NCBI RefSeq assembly: GCF_963921235.1
Contig: NC_086108.1
Location: 45,014,001 to 45,078,000 of the forward strand
Direction of reading: 5' to 3'
DNA: 64,000 bases
Origin: Mobula hypostoma
Lineage: Eukaryota
Shown here: piece by piece, positions 24,500 to 36,583 of the stretch
Layout: every line of letters begins with the position of its first letter
Numbering within the stretch: the first letter of the stretch is position 1
Position numbers and translations under genes: made by a program
The notes under the pieces: generated by a model
What the model saw: only the letters and a program-made list of their open reading frames with translations
What the model was told of the DNA's origin: nothing
The model's database searches: none

Positions 24500-24740
24500 C
24501 CATACAAAAGCCTGAAAGCATGTATCACCAGGCTGAAGGTCAGCTTCTATCCTGTTGTTGTCAAGGCTCCTGAACGGAGCTCTTGTACAATAAGATGGAC
24601 TCCTGGCCTCTCAATCTATCTTGTTATGATCTTGCACTTTATTTTCTCTGTAGCTTTTACATTTTATTCTGCACTATTATTGTTTTATCTTGTTTTACTG
24701 CACTGTACTACATAATAAGTTAATCTGTATAAACAGTACA
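24500..24740 (+). mobile_element. Rex1/Babar-like 3' fragment
   Basis: YKSLKACITRLKVSFYP motif. Confidence 0.6.
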
Positions 24741-24889
24741 TTCATATTAATTGTCTGGTGGTTATCGGTGTAGTTAACATCCAGTAGACTGGAAAATCTT
24801 CCAGTCTGCAACCACCAACATTCCAAGCATGCTGGGTTATTAGAATTTTACTATATCTGCCATATCCTCTTGGTTTTTTTTACACTAAA

Positions 24890-25950
24890 TCTTTTTTACA
24901 CTCTATTTATTTTACACCATGTCTTTCTTGTTATCCATGGGCTCCTGACTTTTATTTCCTTACACTTCACCCTCAGGGGAACATACGTGTACTGCAGCAG
25001 AAAACTGCACCACTTTCAAGGCCTTCTCAATTCGGTTGCCTGACAGGCTATGATTGCAGTTTATCGAGGCTACATCTGTTCTCATTCCTTTGATCATTTG
25101 ATTTTCTCCAACTGACTATTTCCCCAAGCTTATTGATATTTTTCACAACTATTCCTTCACTGATACTTGCTTCACTTGGGCTGGCTCATTTTCCAGAATC
25201 ATTTTCAACAATGCCACCTTCTCTGTTGGGCCATTTGCATTTGATCAGGAGCATTCACCTGAACACTTTAGAAGCTCCTTACTATATGTCACTAATGTTA
25301 TTGCCATCCCAGTCCCTCTTGAGATGGTTGAAGTTTCCCATTAATATCACTCAACAACTTTGATACTCACCATCATTCTCATATTTGGTGTTTGGTGAAT
25401 GATTCCAATAGTGTATTGCTACCATTGTTGTTTCAAGTTCTCAATAAATTGGTCCTGAACTTACTCACACTGGGGCATCCTCTCTCTCCAGCAATGCAAC
25501 ATTCTCCTAAATAAATATTGTTACTTCTACTTTTCCCAAGCATATTGTATCTGTTTTCAGCCAGGTATCTATTACTGATGCAACATTGTAATCCCATGTG
25601 GTTACTGACACCTGGAGCTTGTCAATTTAATAATTTATTGTGTTTACATTCCAGCACTCTAAAACTTTCTTAGATCTTCTCCTGTTCACTCTTAGCCCAT
25701 CTTTTGTCTAAAATCTTACCCTATTTATCTCTCTCAATTTTTTTTTGGCACTTCATTTTCTCAAGAGGTCAATCCACTGTCAGATATGTTTAAGCATCTC
25801 CAATAACACTAAGGAGCTATCATCCAAGGACACAGGTCCAGACTTTGTTGTGATGCAATTTATTTGGCCTGCATAGGCCCTTCCTTACTCCCAAATTCAT
25901 ACCTGTGCCTGGGGAATTTAAAACTCACCCTCCTGCATTTCTGTACTCGT
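24890..25950 (-). mobile_element. Very degraded CR1 (APE/linker region)
   Basis: ccagtcc...ttgaagtttcccattaat is antisense of LMGNFN...DW; antisense TETW-like segment near 25560-25580. Confidence 0.55.
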
Positions 25951-26049
25951 ATTTCTGAAATTCGTTACCATAGACATGCATACCAGGGTATAAATGCCAG
26001 GAAAATTAGTTTTTTGCAGCAGCAACATGGTACATTACACATTGTACAT

Positions 26050-27265
26050 TCCTTTGAGAAAATAATAGGTAACCTGGACAAAGGAGAGTCAGTGGATGTT
26101 GTTTACTTGGGTTTTCAGCTGGCCTTTGACAAAGTGCCGCACACGAGGCTGCTGAGAAAGGTAAGAGCCCATGGTATTACAGGTAAGGTACCAGCATGGT
26201 CAGAGAATTGGCTGACTGGCAGGAGGTAGAGAGGGATATAAAGTGGGCCTTTTCTGATCGGCTGCTGGTGACTAGTGGTATTCCGCTGAGGTCGATGTTC
26301 GGATGGCTTCCTTTCACGATGGACGTCTGAATTGATGGCTTTGTGGCCAAGCTTGCAGATGATATGAAGATAGGTGGAGAGGCAGGTAGTAGTAAGGAAG
26401 CAGGGAGTCTGCTGAGGACTTGGACAGGTTAGGAGAATGGGCAAAGAAGTGGTAGATTGTATACAGTGTAGGGAAGTGTATGGTGATGCACTTCGGTAAA
26501 AGGAATAAAGGCTTAGACTATTTTCCAAATGGGGAGAAAGTTCAGAAATCAGAGGTGCAAAGGGATGTGAAAGTCTTCCTGAAGGATTCCCTAAAGGTTA
26601 ATTGCAGGTTGAGTAGGCAAGGAAGGCAAATACAATGTTAACATTCATTTGAGAGGAATAAGAGCAAGAATGTGATTCTGAAGCTTTAGAAAGCACTGGT
26701 GAGGTCTCACTTAGAGAACTGAGAGCACTTTTGTACTGCTTATCTAAGGAAAAATGTCCTGCATTGGAGAATGTCCAGAGGAGGTTCATGAGAATGTAAG
26801 TGTTTCAGCAATGAAAGGGTTCATGTATATGAAGAGCTTTTGATTGCACTGGGTCTGTACTTGTTGGAGTTTAGATGAATGAGGGGAAAGGTATTGAATA
26901 CTAAAAGGCCTAGACGGAGTGGATATGGAGAGAGGATGTTTCCTATAGTGGGGGAGTCTAGGACCAGAGGGCACAGCCTCAGAATAAAGGCTGTACACTC
27001 CATCCTCTTTAGAAAAGACATGAGGAGGAATTTCCTTAGCCAAAGGGTGGTGGATCTGTGGAATTCATTGCCAGGAAACAGCTATGGAGGCCAAGTCGTT
27101 AAGTATATTTAAAGTGAAGATTGATAAGTTCTTGATTACTCAGGGCATCAGAGGTTAGGGAGAGGAGGCAAGAGAGGAGGTTATGAGGGTTAATAAATTT
27201 GCTATGATGGAATGGCAGAATAGATTTGATGGGTCAGATGACCTAATTCTGCTCCTGTTTTATGT
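26050..27265 (+). mobile_element. CR1 RT plus 3' UTR, degraded
   Basis: DKGESVDVVYLGFQLAFDKVPHTRLL, AKLADDMKIGG, ESRTRGHSLRI; tail cctaattctgctcctg. Confidence 0.92.
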
Positions 27266-27279
27266 GAAGTATATTTCTA

Positions 27280-27785
27280 TACTCACTGGCAAGTGTCATT
27301 TGGAATAATTTGGAGATTACTAACCTTGAGGTCATGCTTCTTCAATGTCTTTTTCTAAAACCTTTGAAATCTGCCTTCAGGACCTTACCTTTCTTTGACC
27401 TATGTCATTGGTATCAATATGGACTGTGCTCTCTGGCTGGTTATCTTCTCCTCCAGAATATTTTGCAGCTGCTTAATGACAGGGAGACAACAAGCATCTG
27501 TCTGCTCCCCTAATCAGAGAACCTTGTACTGTCCTTTTGGCATTTTCCCACCCTTTCTGTCTGGCTGAGCCATCCATATTGATATTGTCTTGGTTGTGAC
27601 TGTATTCCCCAGGGATACCTCTTTCCCTTCAACATTCAGAATCAAATGCTGGTTATAGAGCAAGATGCCCACAGGAGTCTCCTGAAGTATCTGACCTCTC
27701 TATTTTGTCTGTTTGGTGGTCACCCATTCCCCCTCTGCATGCTCTCCTCTGAATTGCAGGGTGACCACATCCCGAAATGTGTTCA
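27280..27785 (-). mobile_element. CR1 ORF1 (esterase) region, degraded; probable continuation at about 28400-28570
   Basis: Antisense VHIDTNDIG (cctatgtcattggtatcaatatggac), SRLVIS, GSLIRGADR. Confidence 0.65.
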
Positions 27786-28395
27786 ATGCTCAAAGTAAAG
27801 TTATTATTGAAGTATGTAATGCCACTATATACTACCCGGCCCTCACAGTAGAACAAAGAAATACAATAAAATCAATAAAAAAAACTACACACAAGTAAAG
27901 ACTGACAAACAACCAATGTGTAAAAGAAGACAAACTATGGTAATACAAAATAAAATCATAAATAAATAATACCGAGAACATTAGTTGTAGAGTCCGTGAA
28001 GGGGATTCCATAGGTTGTGGAATCACTTCATTGTTGAGGTGAGTGTAGTTATCCACTCTGGTTCAGGAGCCCGATGGTTGAAGGGTAATAACTGTTCCTG
28101 GATCAAGTGGTGTGGGATCTAAGATTCCTGCACCTCCTACCTAATGGCAGCAATGAGAAGAGAGCATGCTCTGGATGGCAGGCATCCAGGACAATGGATG
28201 CTTCTTTCTTGTGACAGCACTCCTTGTAGATGCTCTCAGTGGTGGGGAGGGTTTATCCTGTGATGGCCTGGCCTGTTTTCACCACTTTTTGTAGGCTTTT
28301 ATGTTCTTGGCCATTGGTGTTTTCATGCCAGGCCGTGATGCGACTAGTCAGGATACTCTGCGCTGTGCATTGGTAGAACTTTGTCAAAGTGTCAA
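27786..28395 (-). mobile_element. Rex1/Babar-like LINE 3' part
   Basis: Antisense FYQCTAQSILTSRITAWHE, LLPLGRRCRNLRSHTT..RNSYYP; tail aataataactttactttga. Confidence 0.8.
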
Positions 28396-28745
28396 GCCCT
28401 GCCACAGCTGTCGAACATCCTTCTTTGATTCAAGTTTGGTCCAGAATTGTGTTATCCTTGAAACAATCAGCCTAGTGAATGGACCACAGTGACACCAACT
28501 GTTGCTCAATCTCCAAGACCTGGAGCTAGAGCTCTACCAGCTGACAATACCTTCTGACATATGCAAGTCCTAGAACTACAATGCGGCATACAATAAGTAT
28601 TCCATAGATCTGAGGTTCCTTGCATATTATTATATTATTTATATTTTCCTATTATATGAGCTCAACTAATAAAAATAATATTCTTAACATAGTTATTATC
28701 AGATTACATACTTTTTCACCTATACTGAAATAACATCTTTAATTT

Positions 28746-30080
28746 TGAATAAACTCCTCTTGGTCTTCAAGCTTGGTACAGGCATCGGGTATAACCGCCA
28801 ATTCAATGACAGACTCTGCCATCTTCATTAGAAATGATACCTGAGCACGTATAGTCTGGTGGTACTTATACCCCTGTCACCCATCCCTCCTTGATTGGTT
28901 AGTCCTCATCCAATCAGGTTTCTGCTCTTCCACCTTGATTACAATCGAATTCTAGTTCTTTCTTAGAGTGAGACCTTCGTCTTTGTTAAAATTCTTTTTC
29001 CCCTAGTTTTATTTCAAAGACTTCCTTTACTAGGCGGTCTCAAAAGCCATTGGCACGGCACAGTAATTTTGTGCCTTTGAAGTCAATCCTATGATAATTG
29101 CGAATGCAGTGTTCTGCTATGGCTGATTTCTCCAGGTAACACAAACTGATATACCTCCTGTGCCCCTTGATGCGTGTTTCCACCATGTGTCCTATCTAGC
29201 CGATATACGCTGCTCCGCATTCATGAGGAATCCTGAGTCCCAGGTCATCTTTTACCTGCATAAGCTGTGATTTGAGCTTCCATATGGGTTTGTGGACAGT
29301 ATTGATCCTGGACATTCTAATACAAGGGAAACCAGATGGTAGCCTTAGACATGACGTCTATCGGAAACCCACTCACACGGACTTGTATCTCAACAGCAAC
29401 AGCCACCATCACGCCTCCCAGTGTAGAGCAGTTCTTTCTACTTTGATTAACCACGCAAAAACTATTTCGGACCCAGAGAGTGTCCTCGAGGAAATAAAAT
29501 GATTACGCGTGACATTCCTACAAAATGGCTGGTAGGTGAAGGAAATTAATCGGGCCTTTATAAGGACCGATGGAAAAGCCTGAAAATCTAACCATGAGGA
29601 GAAGCCCATCACTACCACCTGTCTTCCCTATATTTCCATGGTTTCTGGAAGGATTGCCAGGATCCTGAAAAAATGCTGGATTAATACGGTAGCATTCGCA
29701 ATAGCCGTAGGATTGACTTCGGTACAAAACTACTGCGCCGTGCCAATGGCTTATGGGACCCCCAGTTAAGGAAGCCATTGAAATAAAACTAGAGGAAAAA
29801 GAATCTTAGCAGAGATGAACGTCTCGCTCTCAGTAAGAACTGGAATTCGATTGTAAGCAAGGTGTGAGAGCGGAAACTTGATTGGATGAGGACTAACCAA
29901 TCAAGAGGGATGGACTAAGGGGGTATAAATACCACCAGACTAGACATGTCCAGATGTCATCCCTGATGAAGATGGCAGAGTTGGTCATCGAAACGTTGGT
30001 TATAGTTGATACCTATACCCAGCTGGAAGCTCAAGAAGAGTTTTTATTCATTGTATACACTGGGAAAGCACTAGATCCTT
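28746..30080. mobile_element. Penelope-like element: inverted GIY-YIG/pseudo-LTR arm (minus, 28746-29308) joined to RT-thumb, partial endonuclease and pseudo-LTR (plus, 29308-30080)
   Basis: Plus: LDILIQGKPDGSLRHDVYRKPTHTDLYLNSNSHH; minus: IPHECGAAYIG..TRIKGH..KSAIAEHC; arms 28746-29107 and 29692-30050 are reverse complements. Confidence 0.92.
29951..30018 (+). ncRNA. Minimal hammerhead ribozyme motif in Penelope pseudo-LTR
   Basis: CTGATGA at 29963-29969, stem II GATGGC/GTCATC, GAAA at 29990-29993, then CGTT; the left-arm copy supports a distal stem I ggtatc/gatacc. Confidence 0.7.
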
Positions 30081-30239
30081 TTCCTTTATTTTTATTCTCT
30101 TTATTTGTACCAAAAGCTTTTATATTCACAGGGTCGCTGGTTCCTGTTTTTGTTTGATGCTCATCGAGGCTGTTTCCTGTGCTCCTTTTGCTCACTAGGA
30201 GTCTGCCACTGGGGTTCTGTTTCCATGGCATTAACACAA

Positions 30240-30720
30240 AATGTTAAAGGAGATGGTGTAGAAGCTGCTTTGTTAAAGCAGTGGAATTAGCTGTTGGTGC
30301 ACAATGAGACAAAGTTCTGAGCAGTGAGAGTGGAGAAAGAAGTTAGACATAGACATGGTCTGAGATGAGCTATGTCTCACCCTGCAACAGGATATACTGA
30401 TGAATGAACAGAAGAATGAACTGGAATGAGGTGAAATCTTACCCAACCTATTTGACGAGTGCATGTGAGGAGTGGAAATAAAATTGAAATAAGTATTGTT
30501 ACACAAGTTGCAAAAAAGATAATCTGCATAATGCATCTGGGACTTCTAGGAAGATAGGAATGGTGCAGATGGGATATTGAAGATAATAGAGATTTAGGAT
30601 GCTGAATTTATCTAGTGAGAATTCCGAGTAGAGTCTGCAAACTAAGTATTCACAATATAGTCCTACTGCATGATATCTGGGAGCACAGCAACAGTTATTG
30701 TGGCTTTTGTGTGGAGTTAA
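30240..30720 (+). mobile_element. Very degraded CR1 fragment
   Basis: tgcaaaaaagataatctg...ggaatggtgcagatggg resembles an APE-region segment. Confidence 0.35.
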
Positions 30721-31084
30721 CACAATACACGCCTACATTTTGGTGCCCTTAGAGATTTGTAATCCAATTTTGAGACAATTGTTTAACATTTCATGAAGCA
30801 TTAATTCCAGAGCAATGTGATTAGAATTGATTCTGTTGGATTTTTACAGGATTCCAACAACTTTCCTACCTGGTTATGCACTTTTTTTTTACTGTAACAC
30901 TAACAATGTGGGAAAACACAGCCTTTTGAAAATTCTATTTACAGTAATTGAGACCAACAGTGATCATTTCTCAGTCAATTTGTAAATTATGCCACTATCA
31001 TTCAATTGAGACAGAAACTTTCAGGAATAAACAATATAAATATAATGATTTAAGTGCAATATTAAATATGAACATAGTGAATTA

Positions 31085-31285
31085 AAAGCGGAGAATATTG
31101 GAAATGCTTTGTACCCTCCCCTTTCTCAGTTAATATAGATTTTTAATTGCTCACTTTCCTAATTCTAATGAGCAATCATCAGTCTGAAACAGGAACTTTG
31201 CTTTACCCTTCACAGCATGAGTTGCTAAGGATTTTCAGCGTTTTTAGTTTTTATTTCAGATTCCTAGTATCGGCAGTCTTACAGT
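31085..31285 (+). mobile_element. Old, degraded Penelope-derived pseudo-LTR copy
   Basis: ttctaatgagcaatcatcagtctgaaac...ttttcagcgtttttagtttttatttcagattcctagtatcggcag. Confidence 0.5.
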
Positions 31286-33742
31286 TTTTAAAGTGAGATG
31301 GTGTTTTTGTACTGTACAATTATTTAGTAATATAGCAGACCTTTTCTAAATAGTAGATTAAGGTGCAAAAAATAGTACTTGCAGAAGTAAAAGGGTAACA
31401 TTTGGATGAAATATGGATTATGTCAATACTGAGAACTATGAATTGTATAACAGATGTCTTTGGTTCTTTCAGAGAAGCAACATTTAGTTGCAGTTTTAAA
31501 TAGAAGCTCTCTAATTGCCTTTACTGTCAAACTAACCCAGTTGCTTCTACATTTGAAAGGTAAGAAAGGAGGAATTCTTGCTTATGCTGACAGAGAACTG
31601 GCGGGAAATTTGTAGCTTTGTTAATGTTTCACTTCCAATGTGAAAATACCTGGCTTTTGAAGGTGCACATTGTTCATGCCCTTTGAGTTAGGCTGTCATT
31701 TTAAATTTGAATATAAATTAAACATACTATTTATACTGTTGTCACTCTTGTTTTTGGGCTTAAACTGACCTTCCACTCCCCCCGTTCCACATTGATTCTT
31801 CTGCTATCCTGAGAAGTTTTTATAAGTTAGGATCTAGCAGTCTGCACACCTTTACATACTATTGTAATGTGAGGAGATCTTCTTGTGAAGATCAGCCTGT
31901 CCAATATGCAATCTCTCCAGGAGAGAATGTTGTGTAGAGAGTACAAGCAGGACCTTTGGCATTCTCTCTTTTTTCCCCCTCTGGTCCAAGGACAGCAAAA
32001 GCAAGTGGAAAGTGTAAATTCTTACTTTGCCCAATGCTTGTTATGCCTGCTCTCTTCCCTCTTCCCCCCTCCCGCCCACTAATCTTAGATTAGTTAAATC
32101 AATACAGATTAGGACTATCGACAGTCACCGTTGACATAGCATTTTATGTTAGTACCATTGAAAGGGCTAATCCTGACAAACGTACAGCAAAAAATTAATT
32201 TGAAATTCAGAATAGGAAATCAATCACAAAAATGGCATTTAGCCTATTATGGGCTTTCCTGGGCTTCCCATAATTTACTTAATTACCTGAGAGGTGAACC
32301 TGGGGAGGCAGAGGCAATTCAAGAAACTCCCATGGATCAGTGATGCTGCCTGACCTATGGAGTATTGCTTGCATTTTCTGTTTTTTATATCTGTTCTTAG
32401 AAACCTTCTCTACTGTTGGCCACCTCCCCGGCCATGAAGTAAGTGGAGGAGAGTTCATTGTAAAGTTACATTGTGTATCAAATTAGCAGGGTCAATGAGC
32501 CATAGAGCCTTTTCTTGTTCTGTACCATATTCTTCTTTGCATCACAAATGAAGATTTGCGGATTATTCTGGAAGTGAGATTAAACACCCACACATCCAAT
32601 GTGAGTCTGTACAACATCTGCTTTTGCATATTTTAAGATGATCTTTTTTGTTATGGGCATTTCTAGTCTTCTCTGAATTGCTGGTCTCTTGGAATTGCAC
32701 ATGCGGGATCCACATGTATGTACACAGAGGGCAACAAGCATGAAATCAGAAATATAAAATGGCAAACATGAAATCCAGATAAAGGAACATAGACTGAATG
32801 GTTGTATCAACACTTTATATAAAGTAATGATAGATTTATGTGTGAATATAAATGCACTGACATGATATCACAAATGGAAAATTCCACAAGGCATTGGGTA
32901 GGTTCCCAGGCGATGTGCATGCCTCTGCATACCACAGCCAGTTCTTGAGAAGTGACATGAACTAATTTGGCAGGGAGATGGGAACCAGAGTGAGGGACGC
33001 AGGATGGGACAGATGGTAAAAAAGCAAAGATAGCGTGCAGTCAGACTGTCAGGAAGGGCGGGCAGATGATAGGACATAATTGCAGCCAACAGGGTGAGTA
33101 TTAGGGATGCAGAATCAAAACGGGTAGCAAAGACAGTACTCAAAGTGTTATATTTCAATGCATGGAGTATAAGAAATAAGGTGGATGATCTCTTTGCAGT
33201 TTAACACATTGTCCGGAATGATGTTGTGGCCATCACTGAATTGTGGCTGAAGGATGGTTGTAGTTGGGAGCTAAACGTCCAGAGGTTACAATTTGTATAG
33301 GAGGAATAGGACGGTAGGTAGAGGGGGTGGTGTGGCTCTACTGGTAAAGAATGGCATCAAATCAGTAGAGAGATGTGACATAGGATTGGAAGATGTTGAA
33401 TCCTTGTGGGTTGAGTTAAGAAACTGCAAGGATAAAAGGACCCTGATGGCAGTTACATACAGGCCTCCAAACAGTAGCTGGGATGTGGACTACAGATTTC
33501 AATAGGAAATAGAAATGTCGTGTCAAATGGGAAATGTTAGGATCGTCATGGGAGATTTTAATATACAGGTAGATTGGGAAAATCAGGTTGGTAATGGATC
33601 TCAAGAGGGTGAACTTTTTGAATGCCTGTGAGATAGCTTTTTAGAGCAGTTTGTCATTGAGCCTATTAGATCAGCTATACTGGTTTGGGTGTTATGTAAT
33701 GAACTAGAGGTGATTTGGGGGCTTAAGGTAAAGGAACCCTTA

Positions 33743-35758
33743 AGCCTGATTTATACTTCCGTAGGTACCGTGTACCTTATGCCGTACCCTATGCCGTAGG
33801 GTGACGTGCACCTCCCCAAAAAAGTAACTCACGTGTCACAGCGATGCAGACCGCAACAACTGTGATTGGTCCACTTGGTAGCATTGCATTACTAAGGAAA
33901 CTGGCATGAAGTCTATGGAATTAAGGGAAACAAGTAGTGAGATCATGGAAACTGTACAGATTGAAAAGGAGGAGGTGCTTGCTGTCTTGAGGAAAATTAA
34001 AGTGGATAAATCCCCGGGACCTGACAGGGTGTTCCCTCGGACCTTGAAGGAGACTAGTGTTGAAATTGCGGGGTCCCTGGCAGAAGTATTTTAAATGTCG
34101 CTGTCTATGGGTGAGGTGCCAGAGGATTGGAGAGTGGCTCATGTTGTTCCGTTGTTTAAAAAAGGATCTAAAAGTAATCCGGGAAATTATAGGCCGGTAA
34201 GTTTAACGTCGGTAGTAGGTAGGTTATTGGAGGGAGTACTAAGAGACAGAATCTACAAGCATTTGGATAAACAGGGACTTATTAGGGAGAGTCAACATGA
34301 CTTTGTGTGTGGTAGGTCATGTTTCACCAATCTATTGGAGTTTTTTGAGGAGGTTACCAGGAAAGTGGATGTAGGGAAGGCAGTGGATATTGTCTACATG
34401 GATTTCAGTAAGGCCTTTGATAAGGTCCCGCATGGGAGGTTAGTTAGGAAAATTCAGTCACTAGGTATACATGGAGAGGTGGTAAATTGGATTAGACATT
34501 GGCTCGATGGAAGAAGCCAAAGAGTGGTAGTAGAGAATTGCTTCTCCGAGTGGAGGCCTGTGACTAGTGGTCCATTGTTATTTGTCATCTATATCAATGA
34601 TCTGGATGATAATGTGGTAAATTGGATCAGCAAATTTGCTGATGATACAAAGATTGGAGGTGTAGTAGACTGTGAGGAAGGTTTTCAGAGCCTGCAGAGG
34701 GACTTGGACCAGCTGGAAAAATGGGCTGAAAAATGGCAGATGGAGTTTAATACAGACAAGTGTGAGGTATTGCACGTTGGAAGGACAAACCAAGGTAGAA
34801 CATACAGGGTTAATGGTAAGGCACTGAGGAGTGCAGTGGAACAGAGGGATCTGGGAATACAGATACAAAATTCCCTAAAAGTGACGTTGCAGGTAGATAG
34901 AGTCGTAAAGAGAGCTTTTGGTACATTGGCCTTTATTAATCAAAGTATTGAGTATAAGAGCTGGAATGTTATGATGAGGTTGTATAAGGCATTGGTGAGG
35001 CCAAATCTGGAGTATTGTGTTCAGTTTTGGTCACCAAATTACAGGAAGGATATAAATAAGGTTGAAAGAGTGCAGAGAAGGTTTACAAGGATGTTGCCAG
35101 GACTTGAGAAACTGAGTTACAGAGAAAGGTTGAATAGGTTAGGACTTTATTCCCTGCAGCCTAGAAGAATGAGGGGAAATTTGATAGAGGTATATAAAAT
35201 TATGATGGGTATAGATAGAGTGAATGCAAGCAGACTTTTTCCACTGAGGCAAGGGGAGAAAAAAACCAGAGGACATGGGTTAAGGGTGAAGGGGGAAAAG
35301 TTTAAAGGGAACATTAGCGGGGACTTCTCCACACAGAGAGTGGTGGGAGTATGGAATAAGCTGCCAGATGAGGTGGTAAATGTGGGTTCTTGGGATATGG
35401 TCCGTGTGCAGGTCAGTGGGACTGGGCAGAAAATGGTTCGGCACAGCCAAGAAGGGCCAAAAGGCCTGTTTCTGTGCTGTAGTTTCTATGGTTTCTATGG
35501 TTGCTTTTTTCCGCCATGTCTGTACACTGATGTGAAATAAATGGTTGGAGATGATGAACCAAGTCGTCAAATCTACCTCCCGACATTCGAAAATATTTGA
35601 AATGCATTTCTTTGTCCATGTCTCTCACGAAGAAACTCACGCAGTGGCATAGAAACCCCACCGCCAACTAGCGTTTTAGCAGTGAATTGCAGAGCGATGC
35701 AGACACAACAACGTATGCTCGCTACGGCGTAGGGCTACGCACAAGTATAAATCAGGCT
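33743..35758 (-). mobile_element. Non-autonomous PIF/Harbinger DNA transposon split by a young CR1
   Basis: Perfect 16-bp TIR agcctgatttatactt (33743-33758) / aagtataaatcaggct (35743-35758); TTA TSD at 33740-33742 and 35759-35761; minus-strand transposase-like [27 protein letters not shown]. Confidence 0.9.
33889..35502 (+). mobile_element. Young 5'-truncated CR1 with 481-aa RT ORF carrying an in-frame deletion
   Basis: ORF 34095-35540: NYRPVSLTS, MDFSKAFDKVPH, SKFADDTKIGG, RPNLEYCVQFWSP; (gtttctatg)2 tail; VPQGSVLG missing. Confidence 0.96.
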
Positions 35759-36583
35759 TTAGGAGAAAGTGATTACAATGTGATTGATTTCAACTTGAAA
35801 TTTGATAGGGAGAAAGTAAAGTCTGACGTAGCAGTATTTCAGTGGAGTAAAGGAAATCACAGTGGTATGAGAGAGCAATTGGCCAAAGTAAATTGGAAGG
35901 AGATGCTGGCAGGGATGACGGAGGAGCAGCAATGGCCTGAGTTTCTTGGGAAAATGAGGAAGGGGCATGATAGATGTATTCCAAAAACACAGAAATACTC
36001 AAATGGCAAAATAGTACAACCATGGCTGACAAGGGAAGTCAAAGCTAATGTAAAAGCAAAAGATAGGGCATACAACAAAGTAAAAATTAGTGGGAAAGAT
36101 AGAGGTTTGGGAAGTTTTTGAAAACCTACAGAAAGCAACTAAATAAATCATTAGAAGGGAAAAGATGAAATATAAAAACAAGCTAGCAAACAATATTAAG
36201 GTGGATAGAAAAAGCTTTTTCAATTGCGTAAAAATAAAAGAGATGAGAGTGGATACAGGACTGCTAGGAAATGAGGCTGGAGAAATAATAACGGGGGACA
36301 AGGAGATGGCAGATGAACTAAGTGAGTATTTTGCATCAGTCTTCATTGTAGAAGACACTAGCAGTGTTCCAGGTATTGAAGGGTGTGAGAGAAGAGAAGT
36401 GAATGCAGTTACTATTACAAGGGAGAAGATGCTCAAAAAGCTGAAAGACCTAAAGGTACATAAGTCACCTGAACCAGATGAATTGCACCATAGGGTTCTG
36501 AAAGAGGTAGTGGTAGATATTGTGGAAGCATTAGTAGTGATCTTTCAAGAAGCATTGGACTCTGGCATGGTTCCGGACTGAAT

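Larger units (their letters stand above)
32865..36583 (+). mobile_element. CR1 ORF2 5' half (APE and linker), host of a Harbinger element; own sequence 32865-33742 and 35759-36583
   Basis: YFNAWSIRNK, ITELWL, GRGGGVALLVK, YRPPNS, MGDFN; resumes LGESDYNVIDF, EYFASVF, KSPEPD. Confidence 0.92.

Noticed and set aside
34095..35540. 481-aa ORF as an active or domesticated reverse transcriptase gene
   Set aside because: 5'-truncated CR1 lacking the endonuclease, with an upstream stop, a deleted PQGS motif and a C-terminus that runs into UTR and flanking DNA.
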